A stretch of 63,071 bases of DNA, counting the filler, from Collodictyon triciliatum (lineage: Eukaryota): NCBI GenBank assembly GCA_043381765.1. It is 5 parts of 5 records of this genome, joined end to end, with 100 filler letters (N's around TTAATTAATTAA, not from the genome) between each part and the next. Parts side by side here need not be neighbours in the genome. Positions count along the whole stretch, not along the records: positions 41,377 to 55,315 come from JBHJMP010001228.1; positions 55,416 to 59,479 come from JBHJMP010001237.1; 3 more parts are not named here. One strand, given 5' to 3'. The number at the start of each line of letters is the position of its first letter. Position 1 is the first letter of the stretch. A program made the translations under genes and the position numbers. This document shows positions 44,900-55,449 of this stretch, in pieces. Under the pieces are notes generated by a model. It was not told the DNA's origin. It saw only the letters and a program-made list of their open reading frames with translations, and searched no databases.

Positions 44900-45610
44900 A
44901 TGGCTGCACCTTCAACACGTTATTTTACTGCCTCCCAACGCCTAGGAGGTCATAATCCTCCTACACCCTCGTTTGTTGGAGCTACACCAAGCATGGTACC
45001 AGTATTCGCACAAAACAGACCGCAAGTCATAGACTCTCGAGACACATCCAACACTAGCAGATTTGCTCAGAAAGTGTCATGGTTCTATGAAACAGCCGCC
45101 CCAGGTACAAAAAACACCACATTCGCTTTTAATTCATACGACACATTTTTGAATTCTATGGCAACTTATGGCATCGAAGCAGTTGACATGACCAGCGACA
45201 CTAGCTACCTCGAAGATATTGTAACACAGTTTTATTTTTGTTTAAAAAGACAGGACCTTAAAACAACAATTGCCAGTGCGACAGCGGCTGGAGCTTGGCC
45301 TCTCAAGTATCAACCAAAGTATGGAGAAACCAAAAATGTCAGTACTAGGTCGGTCACCTTCATGAACAGATCACTTGGGCAAGTAGTAAACTCGGACATG
45401 GGTACAATTTTTGTGGGCTCACAGCCCAGCAGTGTTATTCGCAGACAGGGCCTGAATTATGTCGTGAGTGGTCCGCGCGGTGAAAAGGCAGCCTTTGAAA
45501 CAGCTCGAAACGCTCAATATTACTCTACGGCCAAAGGCAAGAGGTATGGCCCGGTGACTGGGAGTGTCTTTGGTTATAAACCTAAAAACCTTTCACAGGC
45601 AATTTACTAA
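44900..45610 (+). CDS. Intact 236-aa viral hypothetical protein
   Basis: Uninterrupted ATG-to-TAA ORF that ends tail-to-tail with the fibre-like gene; no motif recognised. Confidence 0.7.
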   Translation: MAAPSTRYFTASQRLGGHNPPTPSFVGATPSMVPVFAQNRPQVIDSRDTSNTSRFAQKVSWFYETAAPGTKNTTFAFNSYDTFLNSMATYGIEAVDMTSDTSYLEDIVTQFYFCLKRQDLKTTIASATAAGAWPLKYQPKYGETKNVSTRSVTFMNRSLGQVVNSDMGTIFVGSQPSSVIRRQGLNYVVSGPRGEKAAFETARNAQYYSTAKGKRYGPVTGSVFGYKPKNLSQAIY

Positions 45611-45639
45611 ACAACTTTTACGATTATGATAAAAATTGT

Positions 45640-47776
45640 TTACGAGTTCCCTGATCCGAATATAACGAACTTGCCGCGAGTTTGGTCACATCTTATTTCC
45701 CATACACCTCTATTTGGGATATTTTAAAAAGTTCTTGAATTAAATGTCGGTGTAACTCCGCCATGAAATAGATTTATAGTATCTGAACAAAATTTTTTTC
45801 GGACATGAGCATTTTGAGGAGAATCATAAAGATCGTACCTAGCTACTTTGACAGTCCAACCGTCTGGAAATGCACTTACACCTGGAACATCTAGATTTAC
45901 AAACGAATTACCTATATTGGCCATGCTGGCCGTGACTAGAGGCGGTCTGGTTAAACCAATATTATGATCCACAAGAATTTCTTCATACCATACATATTTA
46001 TTGATTGGAGCTAGGGTTTCATGAATACGCCTATCAAATTCTGTTTGATCAGGTCTAAAAATCACGTTTCGACCCGAGTCGACAGTCACACATATTTCGA
46101 ATACCCCACTGACTGTCCCGCCTCGGATACAATTTGTCAACGCAGCAGTTGTACCAAACAGAATTTCATTCATTGAGGGTATCCTAATTGAATTTGGAGC
46201 AATATGACCGCCCACGGTTAGATTTTCGGTAATCGATGCGCCACCAGATGATGAAAACCCAGTAGCTGTAACTGTTCCGGGGAACGTAGCGTTTCCAGTC
46301 ACCCAACTTGTAGTAATATACCAAGTCGTTTAAATAGCATTGTATACACAGTAGTATGCTGTGTTTATGGATACAATCACATTAATACCCGCGCCGAAAG
46401 TAGATTATCCGCCGTTTTGGTAAATTCTTAAACTCACGTTAGTACCAGTTTCCCCTTGAAACCTTAATGTCGCACCGGAAAGATTTGAGTATGGCATAAT
46501 TACAAATGAAGTCCCGTTTGAAACACTTGAAAATCGAAGTGTCAGCGGAGTAAAAGACCCCATGTTAATTTTTTTTGGTTAGTGTTTAATGGGTCTAAAT
46601 CCCAGGTCTTACTGTTTGCTGTTGCTGAAATTGTATTTACCGCACTAATAAGATTTCTATTTACTGTCAATTGTTGGACACTCGACCCCGTTGCCCCAGT
46701 TACTGTGAGATCACCGGATACACTCATACCATCGTTATTGATTTCAGCTCTGAGAACTCGCGTCGGCAAAGTATTACCTGTTCCTATTTCCCCTAGAAAT
46801 CTGAAATACGTATTTCCGTGCTCAGTTACAAATATTTCATTTGGTCCCGAATCTCCTCAAAACCTACTCATCACTGTTTCAGTCGCTTGCGATTGTGTCG
46901 CGTTACCCAGCCTGTAAGTTGCTACATTGACGACTCCTGCGCGGTTGTCAGTAAACGAGAGCTGTGCAAACCCAGTAGCCCCGCCATTATTTCCCGTATA
47001 CCTTAAATTGCTAACTGGATTGCTGACATTGTTTTTGATCGTTGCTGATCCTGATAGTCTCAAATTTCCACCGACAAAACTACAAATCTGACTTCATCCG
47101 GAGACCATCCCCACACCCGAGTCAGAGCCAACAATCGTTCGGACTATAACCGCATTAATTGGACCTGTCGGGCCAGCAAAATTAATAGCTGGAATAGATA
47201 ACGTTCCATCGGGAACAGTAAGTCCTTCATTAATTATGATAACTCTCTCAACTCCGTCCGTTTCAATTCGAATAACATTATCAGATCCCCGTATTCCCAG
47301 TAGACTTAATACTGGACCGGTAGGCCTCCCACAGAACCATCTATGTTTTCACCAAACAAAAGTGTGGGTTCCAATGCCGAACCTTCTCGAGAAAGATTCA
47401 GTGTACTAGAACAAGTCACAAAAGCACCAGGCGCTCCACCAGTTGTTAAATTTTGTGTCCAACCTGAACCTTTATCGATAGCAGTTAGAACTTGCCCTGC
47501 TCTTGATGTGCCTATTTTTGGCACTTGTCTGACAGCAGCAATTGTTGTGTCCGAGCGTAAAAATGATTGTTACCTGAACCAAATGGCAGACAGCTAGCTG
47601 CTGATCCATTTGTTGTAAGAACGGCGCTGAATGTTTGAGGAAGCAATTCGGCCGGGCTCGTTGTTTCCTGGAGCTATTCTAAGTAAACCACACTTGGACT
47701 ACTTTGAGTAATTTTGTTTGCGTCTTGATTGGTAAATTCCGGTACTTCTTTTTCTTGTGTTATGAAAAACCCTATT
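45640..47776 (-). pseudogene. Fibre / receptor-binding-like beta-rich protein, disrupted
   Basis: Gly/Thr/Ser/Val-rich fragments such as GLTVPDGTLSIPAINF, VSGDLTVTG, TGNATFPGTVTATGF and ENLTVGG resemble tail-fibre shaft repeats; lies directly downstream of the penton gene. Confidence 0.55.
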
Positions 47777-47791
47777 GCCTTGACCAAGAAT

Positions 47792-48556
47792 TTATTCCTC
47801 TGTAATTAAACGCATCGTGAGACTGTAATCTTGTAGTTGATTAACTGTCCGTCTCAGTCTGTCTACCAATCGGAAATTCTAGCTGAACGGAATATACGAG
47901 CAGTCTATCAAATTCTCGAGTATATTGTCATTCACCTCATAGTAACTTGAATACCTAGCCCCAAGAATGAGCGGAATCTTTGCGATAATCCCATCGCCTT
48001 CGATGTTGCTCGCAAAACTTGATGACTGGACACTTGGGCTCACCAGGTACACATAATCAAACGGACGAACATTAACTATATTATGCAATTAAACAAATGA
48101 GATATTGAATGAGAGATTTGCTGTCAGTCCGATAAGTGATCTACATGTACTAAAATTCACAAACAGCTCATATGAAATAGAAGCACCATCACCTTTGTTT
48201 GCTACTTTTTGTTTGCTGGTCAAAAGTAAAACTGAGACAACTGCATTGGGTGACTGAGAAGCTGTCACTGCGTTCATCTTTGTTCGAATACCACTCACTA
48301 TTTATTGGATTGTTAACAGTCCAGTCTCAAGCGTAATATTGTATGAAACAGGCTCGCCACCTACAGTATAAAGAAAGGCTAATTCATTACTGGTCGATGT
48401 GACATTGTGTACGGCATTAGGTATCTGAATACTCTCTAACCCAATCTTTGCGGCACTCGACACATATCTGTTTTGTGTGGTTGCGAAATTAAAGTCTGGA
48501 ATGCTGCTGCTCTCTCGGTTGGCAGAATCAACGTAGATGTAAAACTATTTGTCCAT
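47792..48556 (-). pseudogene. Minor capsid protein (penton, single jelly roll) with four in-frame stops
   Basis: One frame reads MDK*FYIYVDSANR..F.F...IGLESIQIPNAVHNV...NE..F...ITLETG....YVYLVS....GIIAKIP...FRLVDR....DYSLTMRL*, the motif order of Polinton/PLV pentons. Confidence 0.78.
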
Positions 48557-48588
48557 ACCTTGGCAAGAAAAAATTTCTCTGCGGTTGT

Positions 48589-48956
48589 ATGAGTGACCCA
48601 GAAATCATGGATACCATTGAAAGGCCAAAAAATAAACGCGTAGCATCGGAAATGCAGAGCAAACTTAGCCAAAATCCAGCCAAAAGCCACAGAAGCAAAA
48701 AAGAAGAACAAGGAAATCGTTCAGGCCGTCAAGAAATACGAAGCTGTGATGAAGGTTGTCCCCGATTACTCGTCGATGCAAAGTGACTTGTCTCTTATCA
48801 AGCGGTACCTTACAAAGGAAGAGGCTCGCAAAATCGAGAAGCGCAGAACCAAGGAAATAGTGGACAAGGCCCAGGTGCATGAACTCTCGTACGACAGTGA
48901 ATTATTATTTCGTTAGAGATATAAAGAAAGCAAGAAGATCAGTAATGCTGTGGTGA
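48589..48956 (+). pseudogene. Small basic viral ORF, frameshifted
   Basis: MSDPEIMDTIERPK, then a shifted frame ..ANLAKIQPKATEAKKKNKE..; sits between the penton and ATPase genes. Confidence 0.4.
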
Positions 48957-49645
48957 GTCCTCTGAACACCGTCAAGAAAAACAAGCGTGAGGTGATTATA
49001 GAAATACTACCAGGCGCAAAGTCTGACAGACCATTCTGGATGCTTATAAGTGCCAAAGTCGCTTCAGGTAAAACAACTCTTATCAGCAATCTGCTGGACA
49101 AGAAAGAAGTGTATCACCAGATATTCGATAAAGTGTATTTCTGCTCGTCTAATATATCCTGGGGCGAAGTTCATTATTCCTCGTACGACGGTGTAAAGTT
49201 TCACAGGATTCGAATATATGAGGATTTCAATGAGCAGATTTTTTAACAAGTCACACAAGACATAATGAAGGACCCCGATTTCAAGCACATCGCGTATTTG
49301 CTCTTGGTGGATGACCTCGGTACTGCTTTTGAACGACCCAGTAAAACACTGCTAAAGAAGATGTTGCAGCACCGTCACTTTAGGCTCTCTATGATGGTGG
49401 TGGGGCACGCCATTCGTTTATTTAATACCAAGGTACGTCAGAACGCCTCCCATCTCGTTTCTTTCTTTACCGACAACAAACACGAACGGGAAGCCCTTAA
49501 TCAAATAACAAACCTCGATCAGAAACTGTTTGGTCAGGTCTTTGACTTTGCTATTGCTTATCCCTATTGTTTCCTCTACGTCAACTTACTGACCCCTCGC
49601 AGAATCAAAGCTTACAAGAAATTTACGGAAGAAATCCTGTTTTAA
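48950..49645 (+). pseudogene. A32-like (FtsK/HerA) genome-packaging ATPase with one internal stop
   Basis: PFWMLISAKVASGKTT (Walker A), FDKVYF.S, LLLVDD (Walker B), RH, VRQNA and Y.FLYVN; both halves share a frame across TAA 49244-49246. Confidence 0.9.
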
Positions 49646-50146
49646 TATCTAGTCTTAGGTATGCTACGACTATATACAACGGAAGGCAAATTGTTGTTCT
49701 CTAGTTTTGAAGAACTGAAAGAATATTGTGACAAGCTAGAGGCATTAAAGAAAAAAAAGGGAGGGGCAAGAAGAAGGCCACATATGTATGGAATCATAGA
49801 AGGTCCCGTCAGGGTAAATTTTGATTGACTAGTATCCTACAAATCCAGCACTTCTAGCATGGCCTTGTAGCTTAGAATTTTTCCTCTCTTGCTTTCCTCC
49901 TTACTCTTTTATATGCATATATATTCTTTCTTCAAAAAAGAAAGAAGTAATCACGACATATGTAAGATACGTAAGATATTTAAGAGTAGTATAGGGAAAG
50001 AGAAGAAAAATTTCAAGGGAACTATTCTACAAAAAAGCCAAAAACATTCTGCCGAATCTTGCACTTGCAGGATACAAAAATAGTGCTCCAAATCGTGGCT
50101 TCAAGATATTCGGACAAATACAAATAACAATCTACCGTACTACAAT

Positions 50147-52472
50147 ATGGACATAGGTGTTTTTATGACCAAGAACAAAATAAAGTATGCCTATGCGCAT
50201 TACTTGTTGGTTGAAGGAAAGAAAGAAACCGTTCTCGAACAAAAAATAAGAAAGAGAGCGAACTGGATGCCTGGAGAGAAAAATCCAAGAGATTTCCAAG
50301 GAATGCCTGTGTTCTTGCTACAAAGCGCAAACTAAGTCAAGAAGAAAGGAACAGCTGTGTACGATGTTATTCTATCTAACTGAAATATTCCGACGTGGTG
50401 GTTATTGATTGTGATGAAGCTAATATTGGCACACCAAGTCAGTTGGGACAAGCTTTGGGCATACCAGGATTTACGGATCAAATGTGCTGGACGCAAGGAA
50501 ATAACAAAGGCATACATATATGTGTCAAGAAACCGGCATCTTGGCAGCAGCGTTGGGAAGGAACAAAAGTTTTGGGTTTGGGAATGCCGTAAATTGACAT
50601 CATAAGTCACAAAAAAATGTGTGAGAGAGAAGACAAACTGATGAACAATGAAATACAAGAATTCGACTTTGCACCTCTACTGGAAATGTACAAGAAAAAA
50701 AAAGAAAGGAATCAGAGAATGTAACTGTGGTTGAGAAAGAAGGTGAGACGGAGAACATATTCAGAGCTCCTCTTGATACATACCCTGTTTACGATACCCG
50801 GGCGACATGTGAATATCTGGTAAAGTCCGCTTTGATCTTGGGCTCTTTATACTTCTCGATGGGGATATGACTGCTGAGTCAAAGTATGTTATATTCTATT
50901 GTACAATGGCATTTTTGATCTGTCAAAATATTGGTTAGCAATCTGTGCGCAGATGCCTGACACAGGAAACTATACTACTGAACAGAGAATGGACAAGTTG
51001 AAGCTCGTGATTGACAATGTGCAGAAAGGCACCCCTACAAAAAAAGTTGGACTGGGGACCTTGTTTGGTATGCTTGCCAGAGACCTTGAAGATGAAAATT
51101 ATAAGCAGTTAGTGGAGCAAGTGAATGATGAGCATGGTCTGTTTGCTTACCGATACATGAAAGCGGATTTTGAAGTCGATCATTTTATCATGAGCGGAAA
51201 GATAACCCGCGCTAATGAAGAGAAGAGTTTGCATGTATATTACCATGCAGATGCTAGATATCAGTACAGACATCTCGGGTGGTGGGCCTAAGTAAACAGG
51301 GTTGAGTTTGTTGATGCTCTGAGACAAGACCCAGAAAAAAGAGTGATAAGTTAACTCGTGATGCGCCCAGACTTGCCCAAAGAATTGGATAGTAATTATC
51401 CAAAGACATACAACATATTTCAAGGATATGAAATACAAAAGCACGGCGACGTACACGAAAAAACTAGAAGTGACGAAGACGTCGAGTTTTGCGACCAAAT
51501 TATCTTAAAAGTGATTTGGATGCAACTTTGTAATGCGGAAATAGATGCATATAGATATGTGCTGCAGTGGTTTGCCCATTTGATATTCGCTCCCCACGAA
51601 ATGGACAGATTTCACACTTGCTTAGTTTTCTATTCCGAAACAGGAGTTGGAAAGTCGTTTATTCTTCAAGACCTTATATTGAATGCTGTAATTGAGACAC
51701 AGTACGGGGTCAAGACCAGCAAAATTACAGAGCTGTTTGGCAAATTAAACGATTGATTGAGAACAAAACGTACATAGTTTGGGAAGAGGGTCGCCGCAGT
51801 GACGCAGTGCCATTGTTTGATGTCATGAAAGACACTCTAGTTTCAAGAGACATTGTGATTCACAAGAAAGGAATAAAAAAGTATACAACAAACAATTACG
51901 TACACATGGCGTGTGCGACAAAAAACGACTATGTAGTGTATTTGAGTGAAAACAACCGACACATTTGTGTAATTCAATGTAACGAGGAAAAACTATATGA
52001 AAACGACCAAACATCGTTAAAAGCGGCATTGAGAGACCCAAAACAAGTTTTGTTATTCTGCAGATACTTGAAAGGTTATTATGACCCAACCTGGAATAGT
52101 GAAGAGTATGTCATTAATTACCAAAGCAAAAAAGAGCACTAAAAGTCTCAGAGACTCCTGCAGATTAATCCGCTGGACCATTTCTTGATGCTGAACTATG
52201 AAGATTATGCTTCTGGTGCATGAGAAAGCAGATTTGACGCCTGGGCCGCTCCCTATATGAAACCCCATACACCAATTGAGTTTTTTGCGCTGTTTAGGAC
52301 TGTCATGGACAGAGCTGGTCGCAGAACTAAGAATTACACACTTTAATTATTTGGTCGAGAATTAAGCAAGGCAGGAATCAAAAAAGAATGCCACAGATAA
52401 TTCTTCGACGACAAATATATCAAGGAATGTCTGGACAAGAAGCAGCTGATCGACGCAGCAGATGAAGAATAA
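50147..52472 (+). pseudogene. Primase-helicase (Prim-Pol-like N-terminus, PriCT-2-like region, SF3/D5-type helicase), disrupted
   Basis: VVVIDCD and KGIHI (primase motifs), VGLGTLF, YNIFQG, YVLQWFAHL..P, YSETGVGKS (Walker A), IVWEE (Walker B), MKD...I.IHKKG...Y...N; several stops and frameshifts. Confidence 0.82.
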
Positions 52473-52504
52473 ACAACACACAGAATAAAGTGAAGAGACT
52501 TTTA

Positions 52505-52873
52505 TTATTCTTCCATGGGGCAGTAGTTAGGTGGGCTTGGTGGAAAGTAGAGGGCAGAGTAAGGAGGTATCAGGGCTTTGCGAACACGTTCAGCTGCTTC
52601 ACGCGAGGAGCCAGAGGACGAGCTGGACGACGATGCAGAGGTGCCAGAGTAATCAAATAGGGACGTCATTGCAAGTGGCTCGACGAAAACAAAATTTGAG
52701 GTTGCTGCTTTTCTTTTACCGTCGCGGCGGTTTATGTACACACGGTGATTTCGACGTGCTCTACTTCATGAGCTTGCAACCATTTGGCAAATACTGTCAA
52801 GATTATCGCCCCATTAAATGAAACACAAGTATTTGAGTCTTGCTTGTTCTTCTCCTGGCAAAGTGCGTGCCAT
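52505..52873 (-). pseudogene. Small viral ORF with an internal stop
   Basis: MARTLPGEEQ...*...VYINRRDGKRK...CPMEE*; convergent with the helicase gene end. Confidence 0.35.
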
Positions 52874-52956
52874 TAAGCCTTTAAGTAATTAGATAATTAA
52901 ACTTTCTATTTTGTTTTCAAGCTGCGTTTTTTACACAAAAAAGTATAGTAAAGGTA

Positions 52957-54410
52957 ATGAGTAATTTAAGTACCAGTGATTACAACAACAAAAGTCATAG
53001 AAAAGGTTTAATGACCCAGAGCAAGTAAATAGTGTCGATGTGCTGTATAAACATCACAACAAGGAGATACCTCGCAGCTACATAGAGACACGAATGAAAA
53101 AGAATCCATACCATCAGATCAGCAAGCCAGCGTATGAGAGCAAGGACGTGAATCCATTTAATGTAACTGATCCGAGTTATGCACAGATAGATTTGGTATA
53201 CACCAAGGGATTGTATCCAGAAAATCATACTGGATTAAGGTAAACTTATTTAATGACCTGCGTGGTGCTTTTAAACCGCAAGGTTTTTCTGTACCCGCTG
53301 ACCGACAAGACTCTGGCCGAAAGCAAGAAGGCTGTGCTTGAGTTCAAGAAAGATTACCCTGCGTTGAAAGTTATTCAAAGCGACAATGGCACAGAGTTCA
53401 AGTACGAGAAAGCGTGGTTACAAGACCACGGCCTCAAGCAAGTCAAGTCGAGTCCGTACAACCCTACGAGCCAGGCCTATGTGGAGCGCATGAATTCTGT
53501 GGTGAAGAATAGTCTGTACAAGTACCACCAAAAGACGGGATCCACCTTAACGAAAGAACTCCTAGAGAAGACTGCAGACAGCATCAACGATCAGCCAAAC
53601 CGTGACACTGGAGTGATACCCAACAACGCGGCCACCAAAGAAAATCTGACAAAGTTAATAGAAGCTAACCAGAAAAAATTAGACCGAGCCACCACATCAG
53701 TCAAAGACGACTTACTAGAGGTCGGGCAACTAGTGCGTGTGAACCTGAAGAAAACAAATTTGACAACGCAAGAGCGTAATAAATTCAAGACCAATAAAAA
53801 CTGGATCCCAAAATTTTCTGTTGCGTTGTTTAAAATTATAAGCCGCGAAGTCTCAAAGGACGGATTCAAAGCACCCACATATAAACTAAAGGCGCTGAAT
53901 GAAAGTGACTCGAGTGTATTGAAGGGGAAGAAATTTCTGCGCAGGGACCTGCAGCCTGTGGACAAAGACACAGACAAAGACTTTACGCCAAAGGTTGATT
54001 TGCTGAAGCGAGACGCTGCAAGTGTAAAAAAAAAGAGGGGGCCGTATTTGGCTTCGAACGTGCAGGATGCCCGCGCCGACTTTGATAAGAACGTGTGGAC
54101 ACCAGACACAAAAAATTTTACAAACCGCACTGGTAAGAATGCATTGAGCAAGCCAGGACGACAAGCCGAGCTCGATAAATTAGAACCGAAAGTAAAGAAA
54201 GCATATGATGCGTTTGTCGCTAAGCACGGAGATTCCCCTAAAATGACTACGCTACAAACTAAAAACTTTAATAAGTTGAAAAGAGTTTTAGGCGTTTTAT
54301 TGCAGGTACAGCCTACGGAAGAGGTTGCTGTAAGTAAGCCGATAACTGTGGAGCAAATTAAACCTATTAAGCGTCGGAAGATGACCGTGGTTTCTTCGCA
54401 GGCCTCTTAG
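52957..54410 (+). pseudogene. Retroviral-type (rve, DDE) integrase of Polinton type; N-terminus disrupted, 385-codon core open
   Basis: QIDL (D1), IQSDNGTEF (D2), VERMN (E), N...R.TG..P, EVGQLVRV and FS..LFKI; in-frame TAA at 53241 separates D1 from D2/E. Confidence 0.92.
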
Positions 54411-54948
54411 ATTTTTTTATCTCAGTACTGATCTCCTTGGCCAGGGCTACAAGCTCGTCTGGCTTTTTCTCTCTTTTCTGCGCTTCATCCTTGTCTTCTT
54501 CTTGAAGCATTTTTTCGACCTTGGCTACAACCTTGCGTTTCTCTGCACGAGCAGGGGCGTTCTCCATATGTTTTTTCAATCCTTTTTCTCGCTTGGCTTT
54601 GTTGGCTTCTTCACTCTGTCGATAAATGTCGCCGATGTCTTTGGTGTTGTTGGTCCATGACTTGCCATAGTTTGTCATGCCGAGGACCTTGCCCTCTTGG
54701 TCTTTCCAGAGAGCGTCTCCGATTTCATTCTGAATCAGAGACACAAACCCTTGATTGACCTTGGCTGGGTATTCCTTGCCTTGATAAGTTCTAGCTCTTA
54801 CTTCATACATAATGTAGTCACCTTTCTTGAGGTCACTGTATTGAACCTTTGTGTAGTCCTTGTCGTCGGTAGGCAAGGCGGTCTTGGTCTTGGGTTTTTT
54901 GGCGTCGTCTTCGCTGGGGGTTTTGCGGACATACTTGCGGGGCGGCAT
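54367..54948 (-). CDS. Basic viral hypothetical protein (193 aa)
   Basis: Intact ORF from MPPRKYVRK; LKKGDYIMY could start an SH3/KOW-like barrel; Lys/Glu-rich tail. Confidence 0.65.
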   Translation of the reverse strand: MPPRKYVRKTPSEDDAKKPKTKTALPTDDKDYTKVQYSDLKKGDYIMYEVRARTYQGKEYPAKVNQGFVSLIQNEIGDALWKDQEGKVLGMTNYGKSWTNNTKDIGDIYRQSEEANKAKREKGLKKHMENAPARAEKRKVVAKVEKMLQEEDKDEAQKREKKPDELVALAKEISTEIKKSKRPAKKPRSSSDA

Positions 54949-55038
54949 ATCAAATTGAAAGATTAGTTTTATACAAATCAAACGCAAAGGTTTTAAGTAT
55001 GTAATTAACGTAGTACTAACCATATCAAATAGATTACA

Positions 55039-55284
55039 ATGAACAGCCGTTCTTTCTATCGCCATCAAAATAAGGGTTTCAACCCGGTGGCCGAAACGTG
55101 CGTGACTGATCTGAATGTAGAGAACGTAATCGAGCATCAGCATCCACAACTGCAAAACAAAGATGCCGTGATAAAAGACGGAGACAAGGCTGCGCGTCGA
55201 GAATTGCTCAAGATAGCATTGGAAAAGAAGAAGATGGCAGAAGGGCAGAGACTGATTGTTGCCGCGTACAAGCTGAAGAAATAA
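55039..55284 (+). CDS. Small viral hypothetical protein (81 aa)
   Basis: Intact ORF divergent from 54367-54948, with protein-like composition. Confidence 0.5.
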   Translation: MNSRSFYRHQNKGFNPVAETCVTDLNVENVIEHQHPQLQNKDAVIKDGDKAARRELLKIALEKKKMAEGQRLIVAAYKLKK

Positions 55285-55359
55285 ACCGACCACACATACC
55301 ATATATGGAAGGTGTNNNNNNNNNNNNNNNNNNNNNNNNNNNNNNNNNNNNNNNNNNNN

Positions 55360-55371
55360 TTAATTAATTAA
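55360..55371. other. Artificial contig-joining linker TTAATTAATTAA
   Basis: Six-frame-stop 12-mer within an N spacer. Confidence 0.95.
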
Positions 55372-55415
55372 NNNNNNNNNNNNNNNNNNNNNNNNNNNNN
55401 NNNNNNNNNNNNNNN

Positions 55416-55449
<34 letters not shown>

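Larger units (their letters stand above)
41377..55315. mobile_element. Decayed Polinton-like virus / virophage-type element (incomplete contig)
   Basis: Intronless, tightly packed genes on both strands: penton-like gene, fibre-like gene, A32 packaging ATPase, primase-SF3 helicase and rve integrase; many stops and frameshifts. Confidence 0.9.

Noticed and set aside
44900-45610. Major capsid protein
   Set aside because: Too short for a double jelly roll and no recognisable MCP pattern; left as hypothetical.
53591-54151. 186-aa antisense ORF within the integrase
   Set aside because: A mirror of the sense-strand codon pattern, with no independent coding signal.
41377-55315. Alternative genetic code (TAA/TAG = Gln) in the viral block
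   Set aside because: True gene ends use TAA (ATPase, penton, ORF 44900), and in-frame TGA stops and frameshifts also occur, so decay explains the pattern better.
41377-55315. Terminal inverted repeats at the viral contig ends
   Set aside because: Only about 4 nt (ACCT/AGGT) match; the ends are assembly breaks.
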